DNA of 64,000 nucleotides from Adineta vaga (lineage: Eukaryota > Animalia > Rotifera). Below the pieces are notes generated by a model that searched no databases, was not told the DNA's origin, and was given only the letters and a program-made list of their open reading frames with translations. The translations under genes and the position numbers were made by a program. Positions within the stretch are counted from its first letter, which is position 1; the number at the start of each line of letters is the position of its first letter. Shown here piece by piece: positions 11,192 through 25,000 of the stretch. The stretch covers positions 15,810,001-15,874,000 of the forward strand of contig CP075493.1 of NCBI GenBank assembly GCA_021613535.1. Reading direction: 5' to 3'.

Positions 11192-12841
11192 TCATCGAGA
11201 TAGTACTTGTTTCAGAACGAGTTCAAGTTTCTGCTGACAATCAGCAAGAAGTCTCCTCTCCCGCCAAGCAATAAATCCATCAGGACGAACAAGCAAGGCT
11301 CCTTGCGATGAAATTCCAGCTGCGGTTTGCCACTGGCAATTAGGATCAGTGAGATTGCCCTTTGGTCCAGCAATATAACAATCCACATCGATGTCCAACG
11401 CAGTACTGGCTTTTCTTGCTGCTTCGCACCATGGTTCACCATCCGACCCTGCCAATAGTACAAAGGTTTTCCCAAACAAATCGAGGGTGGAAATGCGTTT
11501 GCCCTGATATTCAATCCATACATGAGGCGCACGACTTCCGGGTCTTCCGTCAAGTGCTACCATAGAAGCTATAGACCATGGTCTCCAAGTTATCCCACCT
11601 AATGGGAATGTATTTTCAACCACAACTGCTTGAGACGAGTATGTATAGCCGTGTCCAGAGGCTATGTATATCCTATTGAAGGCGCCTAATATTAGCGATA
11701 AAGTTATCTTCATAGAGATCACTCCACGTGCGTCTGCAGCGGAAGCAGATACTTCTGCCGCAGTACGCCCAACAGGAAGTCGTTCAGTATCATAAGTCGA
11801 CAACAGCCCAGGGCCTGCATGGCCTTTTAATACTAGAGCGATTTTCCAGGCTAGATTGTGGGCGTCTGCCACACCGGAATTTGCTCCTTGACCAGCCCAA
11901 GGTGGCATTTGGTGTGCGGCGTCGCCAGCAAGAAAGATACGTCCATGTTGAAATTTATCAGCAATTCGTACGGATGGCTGCCAGGGAAGAATGCTTTTGA
12001 TATCAATTTCGATATCCGGAATACCCAGTGCAACGCGCAAAATTTCTTTGCACCGTTCCGGTGGAAAATCTTCCGCATTCTCGCCTCTCGATGGATCGTA
12101 GGAGAGATGGAATACCCAACGATCGTCGTTGTTGATCGCAGTAAACAATCCAAATACTTCTGGCCGCTCAATTATGCAGAGACTGAATTCGCGTTGGCGT
12201 ACCAAGTCTTTCAAATCAGCAAGAAAGAGAATATTTAGAAGGTGTCCCATTGTTCCCATTCCGCTCGTCTCCACGCCCAATCTCTTCCGAATTGGACTTC
12301 CTGCACCATCAGCAGCAATCAAATAGTCTGCGCACACTGTATATGTCGTACCACTCTCACGCTCACGTAGAATTGCAGTGACGCCATTATCATCTTGCTC
12401 AACAGCTATACATTCCGTGTAGAACCGGGCATCGACCCCGCGTTCCCGCGCTGTTGCCAATAACACAGGCTCGATCATATCCTGTGTTCCCCACGCTCCA
12501 GTCACAGGACTGATACTCCCAAGCAGTCCCGATCCAGGGAATTTTCTCGGTCCTTCTTTTCGAGGTTTAGACTCGATCACTTCTCTGAGTGAAGTACCCG
12601 TGTAGATACCCATACTAGGAGACAGAGTTGAGCCAGCCGCTCGAACTGCTTCGTCAATTCCAAGGCTTCGATATATCTCCATGGTACGCGCATTGACGCT
12701 GCGAGATCGAGGATGGATCGAGGTATCCGCATGGCGTTCGACGAGAATAGAGTCGATTCTATGGTCGGCGAGGAAGAGTGAGGCTGATAGACCGACTATG
12801 CCTCCGCCAACAATGAGAACTGGAACCCGAATTACGGTCAT
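11192..12841 (-). CDS. FAD-dependent aromatic monooxygenase (FAD_binding_3, PheA/TfdB/RdmE-like), intronless, probable HGT
   Basis: 549 aa with GGGIVG, ERH...HPR, IAADGAGSPIR, GRIFLAGDAAH-MPP-AGQGAN, PGSRAPHVW and LLVRPDGFIAWR. Visibly more GC-rich than its flanks. Confidence 0.93.
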   Translation of the reverse strand: MTVIRVPVLIVGGGIVGLSASLFLADHRIDSILVERHADTSIHPRSRSVNARTMEIYRSLGIDEAVRAAGSTLSPSMGIYTGTSLREVIESKPRKEGPRKFPGSGLLGSISPVTGAWGTQDMIEPVLLATARERGVDARFYTECIAVEQDDNGVTAILRERESGTTYTVCADYLIAADGAGSPIRKRLGVETSGMGTMGHLLNILFLADLKDLVRQREFSLCIIERPEVFGLFTAINNDDRWVFHLSYDPSRGENAEDFPPERCKEILRVALGIPDIEIDIKSILPWQPSVRIADKFQHGRIFLAGDAAHQMPPWAGQGANSGVADAHNLAWKIALVLKGHAGPGLLSTYDTERLPVGRTAAEVSASAADARGVISMKITLSLILGAFNRIYIASGHGYTYSSQAVVVENTFPLGGITWRPWSIASMVALDGRPGSRAPHVWIEYQGKRISTLDLFGKTFVLLAGSDGEPWCEAARKASTALDIDVDCYIAGPKGNLTDPNCQWQTAAGISSQGALLVRPDGFIAWRERRLLADCQQKLELVLKQVLSR

Positions 12842-14597
12842 GTTGTTAATATTCAGTTAATTCAATCAGCTGAGATATCTAGAATGAAGGTTTCATGCAT
12901 CTGCCTGAAATGGAGGATAATTCGTGTCGAGTTGTGTTATAGGAAGGAGTTCATGTGCACCTATGGTCGAGATCTATATTCTTTCTTAGGCATGACGGAT
13001 CTGGATAGTCCCCGACTTTATAAAGTGTGGATTTCATGCGGTGATGTGCGCGACTAGCAGCTAGTAGAGCCTACTATGCTATTGGTAGCTATTGCCATCT
13101 GCTGGTCCTCCTCCTTTTCCTCTTCCTAGTAGTAGTAGTAGTGATAGCAGAAGTATATATGTAGTAGTATTCATTGTATTAAAAGTGATCGAGTAACGTA
13201 AATGCTTATTTATGAGCGGAAGAATCGTCCGCGATAGGTCTCCTTTGACCAGCATAGTTTGGTGTTAATTAGTGACCAACTTAGCGCAAATAAATGCTGC
13301 TCAGAACTGCGCTCGCGAGTTAAATTTCATTGCAATTGAATGATCACTAGTTGATAGGTCACTCTGTTGCTCATTTTTTGCGCTTCTCTGAGCACTATCA
13401 GAGGCATTTTAACTTGCTGAAAGAGGCGCACATGAGCATGTTCCTTCTGTGCTAAAAAAATCATTGTTAAGCCGGTCTGCATTGTGCTAATGTAATCCTA
13501 TCAGGAAGCATTCTGTCGCGCTCATATGAGTGTCACACTGAGCTCCCTAATAGTAATCAATTTGGCTCAAAAGAATAGCACTCTTGAGTGCTGATATAAG
13601 TGCCAGAAACCTCTCCCTTGTATACTCTTGTCGTTTCTTTGTTGGACTGATAAGGTTCCTGAATACTGTGTAGACTTTCTGGTATAGAATACTACTTCGA
13701 TGCTCCTATTTTTTTCTGTGGATTTCTGCGAAACATCGAGCGGAACCCACAGGATGCACTCCAGAAATACAAAGAAAATGGTCAGTTCCTGCCGGAATTA
13801 TTGACTTGAATAGTCATGAAATTCTACGTCGATTTCACTTTTTCAAGCAATTCAGAAGGTTTTCATTTCTGTAGAATGTTTTATTGACGAGCAGTTTCAC
13901 TATAGTTCGAATTAAAGAAAACTACCGATCCTTAAATACCATCCGAAAGACTCTTAACTTTCAGTATAGCGTCCAATCGACATTTTCGATTATTGAAGCA
14001 CTTGTCTTTCACATCCTTACTCTGGGCAGTCCTCTCAGAGAATAACAGACTCAAATTCTCTGACAAATCTATGTCTATACCCTACTTTACCATAGCTGCT
14101 GACAAAGGCTGAAGAAAGATCAACAATCTAACGAACATCTTGTTGGGAAGCGATCTCGCCAAAAGTTCCTTTGATCTGGCTCATTGATGCAGCTTTATTT
14201 CCACCATCAGCAACCAGAGAAAAGAGACGAGTATGTCTTTGAATTGCTTTTGTGAATATATCGATAGAATTATAGGTATCAACGACATACTTGAGATGAC
14301 CAATGTTAAGCTTATCTTCCAATAGATCTTTGGCTTTCTGTTCATCTCGTGCGTATGCTGTTGTATCAATGCGTCTCTTGATCTGGTCACAAACACACGT
14401 TCTTTGCTGGACGTCATGTTGATAATCAGAATGAGAAGAAAAAAACTTCCACGTGTTTTTATACTCAACACAATGCGTTGTTCGATGCAAAGATTAAAGT
14501 GTGTCACATACGTAACTAAAGTACGATGGCGTATATCTCGTCCAAAAGCGCGTGGTTATGTTATAAAGATAATTCAGGAAAGCAATAAACAATAGGT

Positions 14598-14720
14598 AAA
14601 AATGTCTTCAAAAATACATCAGCAATGAATGTTAAGGTAATTGTCGATAACCGTAATCATCGAGATGCAGAAAAGGAACTGATGCGTAAACGACCAAAAC
14701 GTTCAATATTACAAAATTAA
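14598..14720 (+). pseudogene. C-terminal fragment of a second Athena RT
   Basis: KNVFKNTSAMNVKVIVDNRNHRDAEKELMRKRPKRSILQN* aligns by eye with the RT tail NTFRQTPVTHTRLIVGTKNNPNTERQL at about 10080-10160. Confidence 0.6.
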
Positions 14721-15065
14721 CGAATAAAAAACAAATATTTGAAGTTCTTCGGTAAACCATTTACTTGATCTACACCTATTCATAATTTCTAATGACTAGT
14801 CCGACAAAAACAAAAAAAAAGAACACTTCAAAATCAAATATTACAAAGAACCAGTCATAACACAAATAGAAAAAGATTTACACTGATCAACTAATCCACT
14901 AGTTGAGAAATATCTAATATGACCATGTTTACTACTCTATTCTCAATTTCACTATTTCATACGCGTAATTCTCACATCAAACTAAAGTACAGCTCACTAC
15001 CTACCTATTCAAAGTGACTCTAGATTTTTCTACTTCAATCGAAAACAGCAAAGGGTGTAAACTAA

Positions 15066-17848
15066 CGAGGGAACATTCCCAGGTGTCCAAGTGTTTTAAA
15101 CCCCATCTTTTGGCCATGGATAGACCTCGATGAGGTATGAAAAACTCCAAAAGGATTCGTGCCCTCGCGCCTTTATTTTCGAGAAATCGAATTTTCAAGA
15201 TACATAGGAAACGAGACAATGAGATGAAAATTTACTGTTTTTGGAGAATAATAGAGTATTAGGATAAAAAATTTTCTCAGTTTTGTATACTGCTCCTGCA
15301 ACCTGTTCTGAATTAAGAGTTAGATCGAAGCTTATCGTTAGCACTCCTACTCATTGTTTATCAACCCATAGAGCACTAAAAATCCTTCGTTTTATTGTTG
15401 ATATCATTATAAACCACAAAAATCCTTGCGAAGGAAAATTAGTGAAAGTGATAGTTCAGGAAAAAATGATTGAAACATAGTGGTTTGGCACACCAGCTGT
15501 AGCAGATGAAAGGGGCCACATCACATGGAGACATAGCACATACTGTAGCGTCAAAGGAAAAACACACTTCGCTGACAGTTTTGAATGATCCTGGATGATT
15601 GTCTGTGTAGCCACTGGCATACCAAGCGTATTGGATCATCCGACGAAAAACTTCAGAAGAGAGTTGATTATGAGTGAGAGACACGAGACGGATGATATTA
15701 TTACGTTCGCTAATGTTGATGTCAAGTTCATCGAGCAGTACACGATCATATAGCCGACGAGGAATCACTTTCATTGGCCTATTGAAAAAGACATCCAATG
15801 GCTGAATTTGATCCGTCGTTTTCTTCGGTATTTCAAGTCTTGTACACCCGGGAATATGGTCGTACAATCCCTTTCCGTGTGTCTGTCCTCCCCAACAGTC
15901 CGAGATAAGTAGGAACGTTTTACGTTCTCCAAGTGACGGGAGGAGTACATGATCGCGTCAATACTCAACCAAAGATGTTGTTAGCTTTCCAGAACTGCTG
16001 CAGGTGATTGCTACATTGGAGGCCTTGAAAAGATGCGAGCGAATATTCTCGCTCATGTGCCCTTTGGGCTCCTTCAAGCACAGATAGAGTGGTGAGAGAA
16101 GGTGACCATCTAGGGTGATTGTTGGCTGTACTGTGTAGCTGTGAGTAGTGGCGTTTACAGAACGGACAGATCCAGTTGTAATCTTCTCTCCCTTGTGGCT
16201 CAACGTGCGAGTAGAGTGCAGTTCTAGTTGTATTCCAGTTTGATCTGTGTTGATAACCTCATTGGCTCCATATTTCGGTAAAAGCTTGCGAACATCAGCC
16301 ACAAAATGATCAGCAGATATTCTAATCGTTTCCTGATTTTCTTTTTGGCGCTTCGTCACAATCTGTAAAAGACACAGTTTCAGTAATCTCGTCTCAAGAT
16401 ATTTTTGAGGGAACTGAAGACTCGCGAAAATTGAGAACTCTAAAACTCGTAAAAGTCTCTTTTATTCATTTTGATCTATGCTTTTAGAGTATAGAGATTC
16501 TTTTCACAGATTCATAAAGGCTGATCACTAATCTCTGACCTTGGTCACTTTGCGTGAGATGATATTGTGTTTGTATTTGAAGTCGTACAGCCATTTGCCT
16601 GAAGCCACAAAGTTGTGTAAAGACTCATCCATAGCTTTTTTAAAAGCCCACCGACGAAGATCAATGTCGTGCACGGGTAAGGCATTCTCTCGAGCTCGTT
16701 CGAACATATCAAATACATGATCATCAATTTTTTCGAGCTTCTGCTTTTTCGTTCCATGCTTTTCAAGATAATCACGAAACCGGGCGAGATACTTTTGGTG
16801 CGGAATGCGTCGAAAGTTATGTTTCACTGTTTCCCATCGTCGCTTTCGTTTTCCAGTTTTTGGATTGATCTCATCATAGAAATTAACTGCCTTGATCATG
16901 TAGTCGAGTGAAAATTCTTTGCAAAATCTCTTCTCATCGTCTTCGTCGTCATTCCAATCGGGATCGAACGCAACTTCATCTTCATCATCGCATTGCACCT
17001 CACTAATCAATTCACCATCGACCAACTCATGATCGAGAGTTGTTTCTACTTCAAAGTAGTGCGAATGACTATTGGTAATCGATTCAAGTATACCGCACAG
17101 CAGCTCGGCTACTTCACATTCACGATTTGTGATAGCACTGGTGATATTCGAAGTGGGCGAATTAGTAGACAACAATAAGTTCGATGCTCGATCAGCGAAA
17201 ATCTTAACAACATTTACTGGATTAACCATTTCGAAGTAGGTGCCAGAAAAACTGATATTAACTACTTGCTTGTGTCTTACTTGTATATTGTATATACGAC
17301 CGAATGAAAAGAAAAACGACTACATAGCACAAATTACATACAAAAGAGAAAGGAAAAAATGAAACTGGGAGAGCGCGGAAGGAAGAATGTACTATACAAC
17401 ATTCATCATCAAAACATGATGGTATCTCAGAGAAGCAAACGAAAAGTAATACAATCGATAATGTATTACCGTCACCTTTTCATCATGCATTATTTTGTGG
17501 TTTATAATGATATCAACAATAAAACGAAGGATTTTTAGTGCTCTATGGGTTGATAAACAATGAGTAGGAGTGCTAACGATAAGCTTCGATCTAACTCTTA
17601 ATTCAGAACAGGTTGCAGGAGCAGTATACAAAACTGAGAAAATTTTTTATCCTAATACTCTATTATTCTCCAAAAACAGTAAATTTTCATCTCATTGTCT
17701 CGTTTCCTATGTATCTTGAAAATTCGATTTCTCGAAAATAAAGGCGCGAGGGCACGAATCCTTTTGGAGTTTTTCATACCTCATCGAGGTCTATCCATGG
17801 CCAAAAGATGGGGTTTAAAACACTTGGACACCTGGGAATGTTCCCTCG
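15066..17848 (-). mobile_element. Tc4/Tc5-like (pogo superfamily) DNA transposon with ~356-bp TIRs
   Basis: TIRs at 15066-15421 and 17493-17848 begin CGAGGGAACA (compare Tc4/Tc5 CNAGGGAA). Flanked by cTAA and TTAg. Confidence 0.9.
15439..17229 (-). pseudogene. Pogo/Tc5-type transposase (CENP-B HTH + DD34D + C-terminal Cys/His domain) with one intron and one premature stop
   Basis: FVASGKWLYDFK..H.I.SRKVT; intron 16363-16539; NTDQ, ISDCW, QPLDV; TGA at 15958-15960 in an otherwise continuous frame. Confidence 0.88.
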
Positions 17849-20800
17849 TTAGCAGATTTTGCATCACTATATAATGTATCGAAGAGAAAAACAGGCAGTA
17901 CCGAAATTTCAGAAAATTCGGATGATGAAAATATCACTGCAGATGAGCTTGATGAGAAAATCAGTGAGAAAGACTCTGATGGCAAAACTACTGCTTTGAA
18001 GATGAAAAATGGAAAAGGTTGGATCAAACGAAGAACCAAGAAAAAAATAATACGATTCAGAAATTTTAAATTACATGTAGATCCTGAAAATTATTACAGG
18101 GAACAGTTGATGTTATTTTTGCCTTGGAATAATGAAGGAGAAGATCTCATTGATATAAATCATGAAGAAAAATTCGAACTAAATAAAGATTTAATTCAAC
18201 AAAAACGAACTGAATATGTTCATCGTGAAGCCAAAGAATTCGAACAGGCTTTGGAAGAGAATATTGATCGAGATGATGAAAATGACATCGACGATGCAAA
18301 TGTTGAATATGATCAAGATAAAAATGAATTTATCATCTATGAAATGGGAAATAATGAAGGTGATATCTTTCTCGAAATGGGAATGAATACTCGAACGGAA
18401 AAAGTGGAACATTTTAATGTTCCGAAAATGATACCAAACAATGAATATCAGGAAATGATGAGAAGTCTCAATAATAATCAAAGAAAATACACCTTAAATG
18501 TAATGAATTTGATCAAAAATAATGATAAGTAGTTCTTTCATTTCATTAATGGAGGTGCTGGTGTCGGTAAAAGTACTTTGATCAAAGCGATATATCAGTC
18601 GATGTTGAGATTTTCTGATTCACTTCCAGGATCTAATCCAGAAGCCATTCGTGTTGCAATATGTGCACCAACTGGTAAAGCAGCAGCTCTACTTGACGGA
18701 ATGACTTTGCATTCATTTTTAAGTTTACCAGTTAATCAATGTAAGCATAAACTAGTTAAACTGGATAGCGATCTTTCAAACCGAATTGGAGTAAAATTGA
18801 GAGAATCGCAATTATTGATAATCGATGAAATATCCATGGTTGGTTTTACGATGTTTCAACAAATCGATGCACGCTTGCAGCAAGTTATGAAGACGAAAAA
18901 ACCATTTGGTGGAATATCAGTCATCGTTTTGGGCGATTTCAATCAATTAAGACCCGTTGGTGACAAATACATATTCCAATTTAACAATTCATATAATGCT
19001 TTAGTAGATAATCCATTATGGACATAATTTGAAATATTCGAATTGACAGAAATAATGAGACAAAAAGATGATAAGGCTTTTGCTATTGCATTAAGTAATC
19101 TAGCAAAAGGTACAATGACAGTTGAAGACATTAATTTATTTAAGTTACGAATCGCTTCAGCTGATCAATTGCACGAAGTTGAAGATGCAATAAGAGTGTT
19201 TCGAAGTAATGCTGAAGTTGATCCATTCAATATAAAAGCACTAAGTAGTCTTAACACGGAAGGTGCTCTTGCAAATGCTTATGACTTTTGTGTGGGTGAT
19301 GGGCTAGCATCTGTAAAAGAAAAAGTGTTAAGTAATGTACAGAAACTTAAAACTACTGAAACATATGGACTACCACTTGAAATCTATTTGAAAGTGGGTG
19401 CCAAATATATGATGACAGTAAATATTGATATAGAAGATGGTCTAGTAAATGGTGCTTGTGGTAGACTAATCATGATTGATTATGGATAACTTCAAAAGAC
19501 CAATGAGACAGTACCATGTCGACTATGGATAAAATTTAATGAAGAGAAAACTGACCGAAAAGCTAGAGCTAATTTTCATAATGTAATGCGATATCGAAAT
19601 ATCGATTCTAGTCTCACACCAGTTGAACCAGTTACACGACAGATTAATACAAGGTCAACGAATTTCAAAGTAGAACGTAAACAATTTCCCGTTGTTCCTT
19701 CTGAAGATATGACCATATATAAAAGTCAAGGTGGTACTTATGAAAACGTTGTTGTTAATTTGAAGAAGGGAATGACTAGATCTAAAATATAGGTCGCTTG
19801 TAGTCGTGCAACAAAAGCAAGCGATTTATATTTAATTGGCGAGTTTGTTCCGCCAAAACCACCTGAAAGTAATGATGCAGTGACTATGATGTTTAAAACA
19901 ATGAGATCCGAAAGAAAGATAAAATTTTCACTCGAATTTCCTGATGAATCACAAGAGGAAAACATCTATTTGATGTTTCATAATGTACAATCATTGAATA
20001 AACATTATTTGGATATAAAATCTGACAAAACGTTTTTGTCTGCTTCCATACTAAGTCTTGTTGAAACGTGGACAAAACCTACTGACAACTTGGAAATTGA
20101 AGGTTTCAAGATAGTTCATAGACGTGATTGTCATGATGTACGAAAACCATTTGGTCAAATTCTTTATGTGAAAAATGGTATGAAATACGAAAATATCACC
20201 GAAAGATATGAATATTCAGGCAAAGATCATATTGAATATTCTTCGATAAAAGTTGATGATATTTGTATAATTTCCGTTTATAATTCACCAAATTCATCAT
20301 TCGATGTCTTACAGCGACATATGACAGAAGTAATAAATCATTCAAAAGATTTTTGTGAGAATATAGTTGTTGTTGGAGATTTCAATATAAATTTGAAGGT
20401 GAAAACCAATCATAAATTAATTGATTATATGAAATCATTTGGACTCACTTTGATTAATAGATTAAATAAAAGCTCCACTGATGCTAAGACACAAATTGAT
20501 TATTGTTTCGCTAATATGCATAACATGACATCTGATTATTTTGAAAGTCTAATAAGTTTCCATAAGCCAATATGGATAAGAACACACAAAGTTTTGGCTA
20601 AGACTCATTTTGATGAAAATGAAGAGGTTCGTACAAATATGTCTTTTGATCTTAATGATGATCAATCTGATGGGATGGAAGTTGATGACAAAATCGATTT
20701 TGACCGTCATGAAATAGTCGATAAAAACGAACAGATTGACTTACATATGTCTTTACAATTACAAGATCTCAGAGCTAATGAGTCATCTGATATGATGGAA

Positions 20801-21568
20801 ATTGAAGAAAATTCTTCTTCAGAGAACTTTGAAATCGTTGATTCCAATTCACGGAAAATTCTTGATCGTTTTCTTTTTACATTTGGTTTTGATAATGTTA
20901 TCGACACTAATCAAATTTCAAGTCAAGCTCGAATAATCACTGATTTAATTGAAAAAGCACCGTTTATAACTATGCAAAACAAAGATAACTCTGTGTGATT
21001 GGAAACACAATCCGAATATCCCGTTCCAGCATTTGGTTCAGTTTATGCTCGAACACGTACGACTGCAGATGGAAATTGTTTATATAGTTCTCTTTCGATA
21101 TTGAATGTTGGATCTGAGAAACTAACACATTCCATGAGATTGTTGGCACTCAATGCAATGATCAATCATATGGATTATTTCGGAACACTTTGTAACATAC
21201 TAGGATATTCATTTGAAGACCAGTTGGAAAGAACTGCTACAGATACAAAATGGGGAGGAGAAGTGCAAATTCAAGCTCTATCTCTAGCACTATCTCGTCC
21301 TATATATGCATATATAAAGTTTAACAAAAATCCAGATCCAAAAAACACACATTTCATTCCAGCAAATATTAGTTTACAGGAATTAATCGATCGATTCAAT
21401 AAAGGAACAGCAAGTGCTCATTTAATATATCTTGCATATGAATCAGACAGAAACAAAATAGGACTTTGTGTTTATTACACCGGCACACATTATGATGTTC
21501 TTTTACCTTGCCAAGATAATCCTCCTCAGCTCGTACCACATTTTGACATAATAAACATGACTTTATAG
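17849..21568 (+). pseudogene. Helentron polyprotein, 5'-truncated: Rep C-terminus, PIF1 helicase, APE endonuclease, OTU protease
   Basis: One reading frame with five in-frame stops. LADFASLY; GGAGVGKS, APTGKAA, IIDEISM, GDFNQL, KSQGGT; FHNVQSL, LVETW, GDFN, IDY; DGNCLY, WGG, HYD. Confidence 0.93.
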
Positions 21569-21905
21569 CATGGAAAGGCTTTCATTAAAGACATAGAAAA
21601 CTAGTGAAATCAAATTTTTCGTTGATGCAAGTAACTACTTCGGTGGAACTAACTCCTCGCCACGTCCTATGGGACAAAAAGAGGGCATCCACAGGGCCTA
21701 AGGGGCAGATTGTTAGTGCGCTCAACGATGAATTTTTCTGACGATTTTATGTGAAATTTTTTTTTTGCAAAAATCTCTTACTCCCCTTCAGGGGTGGACT
21801 GATGACATTTCAGTATTTTTAGAATAACTCGGCCATTACTTTACCGATCCTTCTCATCTTCGAACTCGACCGAGATATTGATGAGACAATTCTTGCAAAA
21901 AAAAA
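21569..21905 (+). mobile_element. Helentron 3' non-coding region
   Basis: cccct-tc-agggg hairpin and ttcgaactcgaccgagatatt motif downstream of the OTU stop codon. Confidence 0.5.
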
Positions 21906-22072
21906 GAACGTGATTAAATTATATTCCTATAAAAAAAAGGAATATTTGATGAAAAATAATATCTTATTTTCATAATAAACACGTTTTTTCTATTTTGTCA
22001 TTTAGATATCAGTTTTCATCAGAAGTCTATCTTTCTTTCATTAATTGAAAAAGATTAAAGAATCAAAATCAA

Positions 22073-25000
22073 ATGTTTCAAATTGTTTTTATTTTCATTT
22101 TATTAACAAAAGTTAATCAAATTTCAGGTAATTTCACCCTTTTCCATTTAAATATTTTTTAGTTTATTAAGGAAATTTCTCTGTTATTCTATTTAGGTTT
22201 TTCATATAATCAACCAAAGTTGTATCCAAATTCTTCTTGGAATACAGTTGGAACGACTTTTGCAAATCAAACTATTGTTGGGATGTTTCCTCCAGCTCTC
22301 TTTGTCGATACAAACAATTCAATTTATGTTGTTAATAAATTTAAAAATCAAGTATTAATTTGGAACGATGGACAGATCAATCCAACTGAAATTACCGAAG
22401 GAAATTTCTCAGATTCATGGTCTATCTTTGTGACAAATAGTGGAGATATTTTTATTGAGAATAGTGAAACTAATCGTCGGGTTGATAAATGGGATAAAAA
22501 TACAAGAACTTTTATCAATATAATGAATGTTGATTCGGCATGTTGGGGTCTCTTTGTTGATATGAATGACACTTTATATTGTTCAATGCATGACAATCAT
22601 AAAGTTGTGAAAATATGGCTGAACGATTCGAATACGACTTCAACAATTGCAGCTGGCACGAGTACTGAAGGTTCTGCTTCGAATGAACTTAATGGTCCTT
22701 CTGGAATTTTTGTTGATGTAAATTTTGATTTATATGTAGCTGATAGTAAAAATCATCGAATACAATTATTCCAGTTTGAACAAAAAACTGGAACAACAAT
22801 TGCAGGAGAAGGAGCACCAAATACAATTTTACTTAGCTCCCCAAGTGGAATAGTTTTAGACATTGATAAAAATATTTTTATTGTCGATTTTGAGAATCAT
22901 CGTATTGTTATTGGATCAGGATCAAATGGTTTTCGATGTTTAGTCGGATGTCAAGGACTCGGATCACAATCCAATCAGTTAACTGGACCATTTACCCTTA
23001 GTTTTGATAAATATGGAAATATGTTTGTCAGTGATGTTTACAATCATCGAATTCAAAAATTTGATCTGCTGATTAATATTTGTGGTAAGTTAATGATAAT
23101 TCAACAAAAAATATTTCATTTCCTGAATTTGATTTTATATAGAACGGATCACTAAGAAAATATTCATTGAAACGAGTTTAAATGATAAATTTCCTTTCTC
23201 TTTTGTTCGATAACAAAATTTTTGAAAAAATTTAAAACGATTTTTCTATTCATTTTATCAAAAATGAAATATTTATCTTAAACTTTACAATTTGAATATA
23301 TCATCGCTTTCTTTCTTATTTTCTTTTACTCTAGTTAAAGATTCTTTTAAATATTAAATTATTTTCTTTCATTAGATATGAATTAATTTTTATACTTGAT
23401 CAATTGATCATTTTAGTTGAAAATATTCATTCGTCTTAACCTTCATGAAAAAGAATTTCTTTCGATAATCAAATAAAAGATTTAGTTTTCTAAATTTAAT
23501 AATTATATTATTACTAGCGGAGATACCCGCTGCAAAAACGACACAATTTACGTTTTTTATCTACAGCAGTGCTTTTCTTATCACCCACAGGACCTCTCCG
23601 TTCGTATTTATCTGTCATGTATCAAAAAATCCTCACACCCTCCTTTTCCGCCCTGACTTAGTTAGTGTAATCTTTCATTTCGTCACTCAGCGTACGTTAC
23701 CTGTCTTCCACACGTCTTTCTCCTCCGTACTGAGATCCTTCCTATATCCCTTTTCGCGTCATGCACCAGCTCTTTTTTTCAGAACTTCGCATCTCTTCAT
23801 TAGTTCTTTCCTACTGATTTTGTCTCGCTATGCATACGATATACAGCTCTGCTCCTTTTAAATCCACTCCTACTGTCCCGCTGCAAGTCCAGTCTCATTC
23901 TATACCCACTGTGCCGCTGCAAGTCATTCTCTACTTTATAAACTTCACTTCTACTCTATACAGGTAGAGTAGTCATTTCACTCCAGATTCAGTTTTTTTG
24001 AGAACCCAACCCACGCTTTGTAGTTGTCTATCCTGGATGCAGACACCCACCCTCATTCCTATATGTCATCTTGAGAGCGAAATTTCACACACGCCGCCAC
24101 CCCCACCCCGTGATGGCCATTCTAACCTCATGTCGACCTTCCTCTGGATCGAGGGAAGCATTGTGGAAAGTTTGGTGACGTTAGCTGTTCCAGGGAACGT
24201 ACGCATAACGAACAAACTTTCTTCTTTATATATATAGATAGATTGATGATAAAGGAATATTACAGATAAATGATATATCTTTGAATCTATTTAATTTACA
24301 ACAATCGAATAGTTTTGAAATTATTTTATCGAAAAAAATTACATATCTCTATCAATATCAAGATCAGAAGAAATGAGATAATTTTCGTATTGATAGTGCA
24401 AATGTAAGGCTTTATCTTATGTTCGTATAGATTTATGGTCAAAATTGGAATTCTAATTTTGACCAGACAGAATTATGATTCCAGTTATGACCAGATATAT
24501 TTTGGATAGAATTAGAATTCCAATTTCGATCGGACAAAATTAGGATTGAACTACAAATAAATACAAATAATTGTAATAAATGAGATTACAGTGGAATAGG
24601 CTATTACTAATTTATGCTAACAGCACAAACACCCAACTTTTCAAGATTGAACATTAGTTCCGCTGACAAACACCCACAACTCGATGAGTTATGAACACAA
24701 ACACCCACTAACACTCATTTTTCCGAACCTTTAACATAGATGAACCCTCAACAAAGTCGAAAAAATGACCTTTCCCACCACTAACACCCAATATCTCTCT
24801 TATAATCCGGACAAACACCCACAGAATTGCATGACCTACGTTTTGGCTCAAGTAAGTGCCATCCCTAAACACATTTTTACAATAAAATTCTTCCATATAT
24901 ACATAAAACCAGTCAAAAAGTGCTATTATAGGCCCACTAACACCTAAAATCTCTCTTATACTTCAGACAAACACCTCAGGTTATCCTTACAAACACTTCT

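Noticed and set aside
11212-12326. Several short ORFs overlapping the monooxygenase
   Set aside because: Alternative-frame or antisense shadows of a GC-richer CDS; no motifs.
14128-14507. ORF faintly resembling an RNA polymerase large-subunit segment (GGNKAASMSQI...QQ)
   Set aside because: Too short, no diagnostic motif, and broken flanking frames.
15001-15480. Duplicated small ORFs (MYTAPATC...) also at 17392-17631
   Set aside because: Artefacts of the transposon TIRs.
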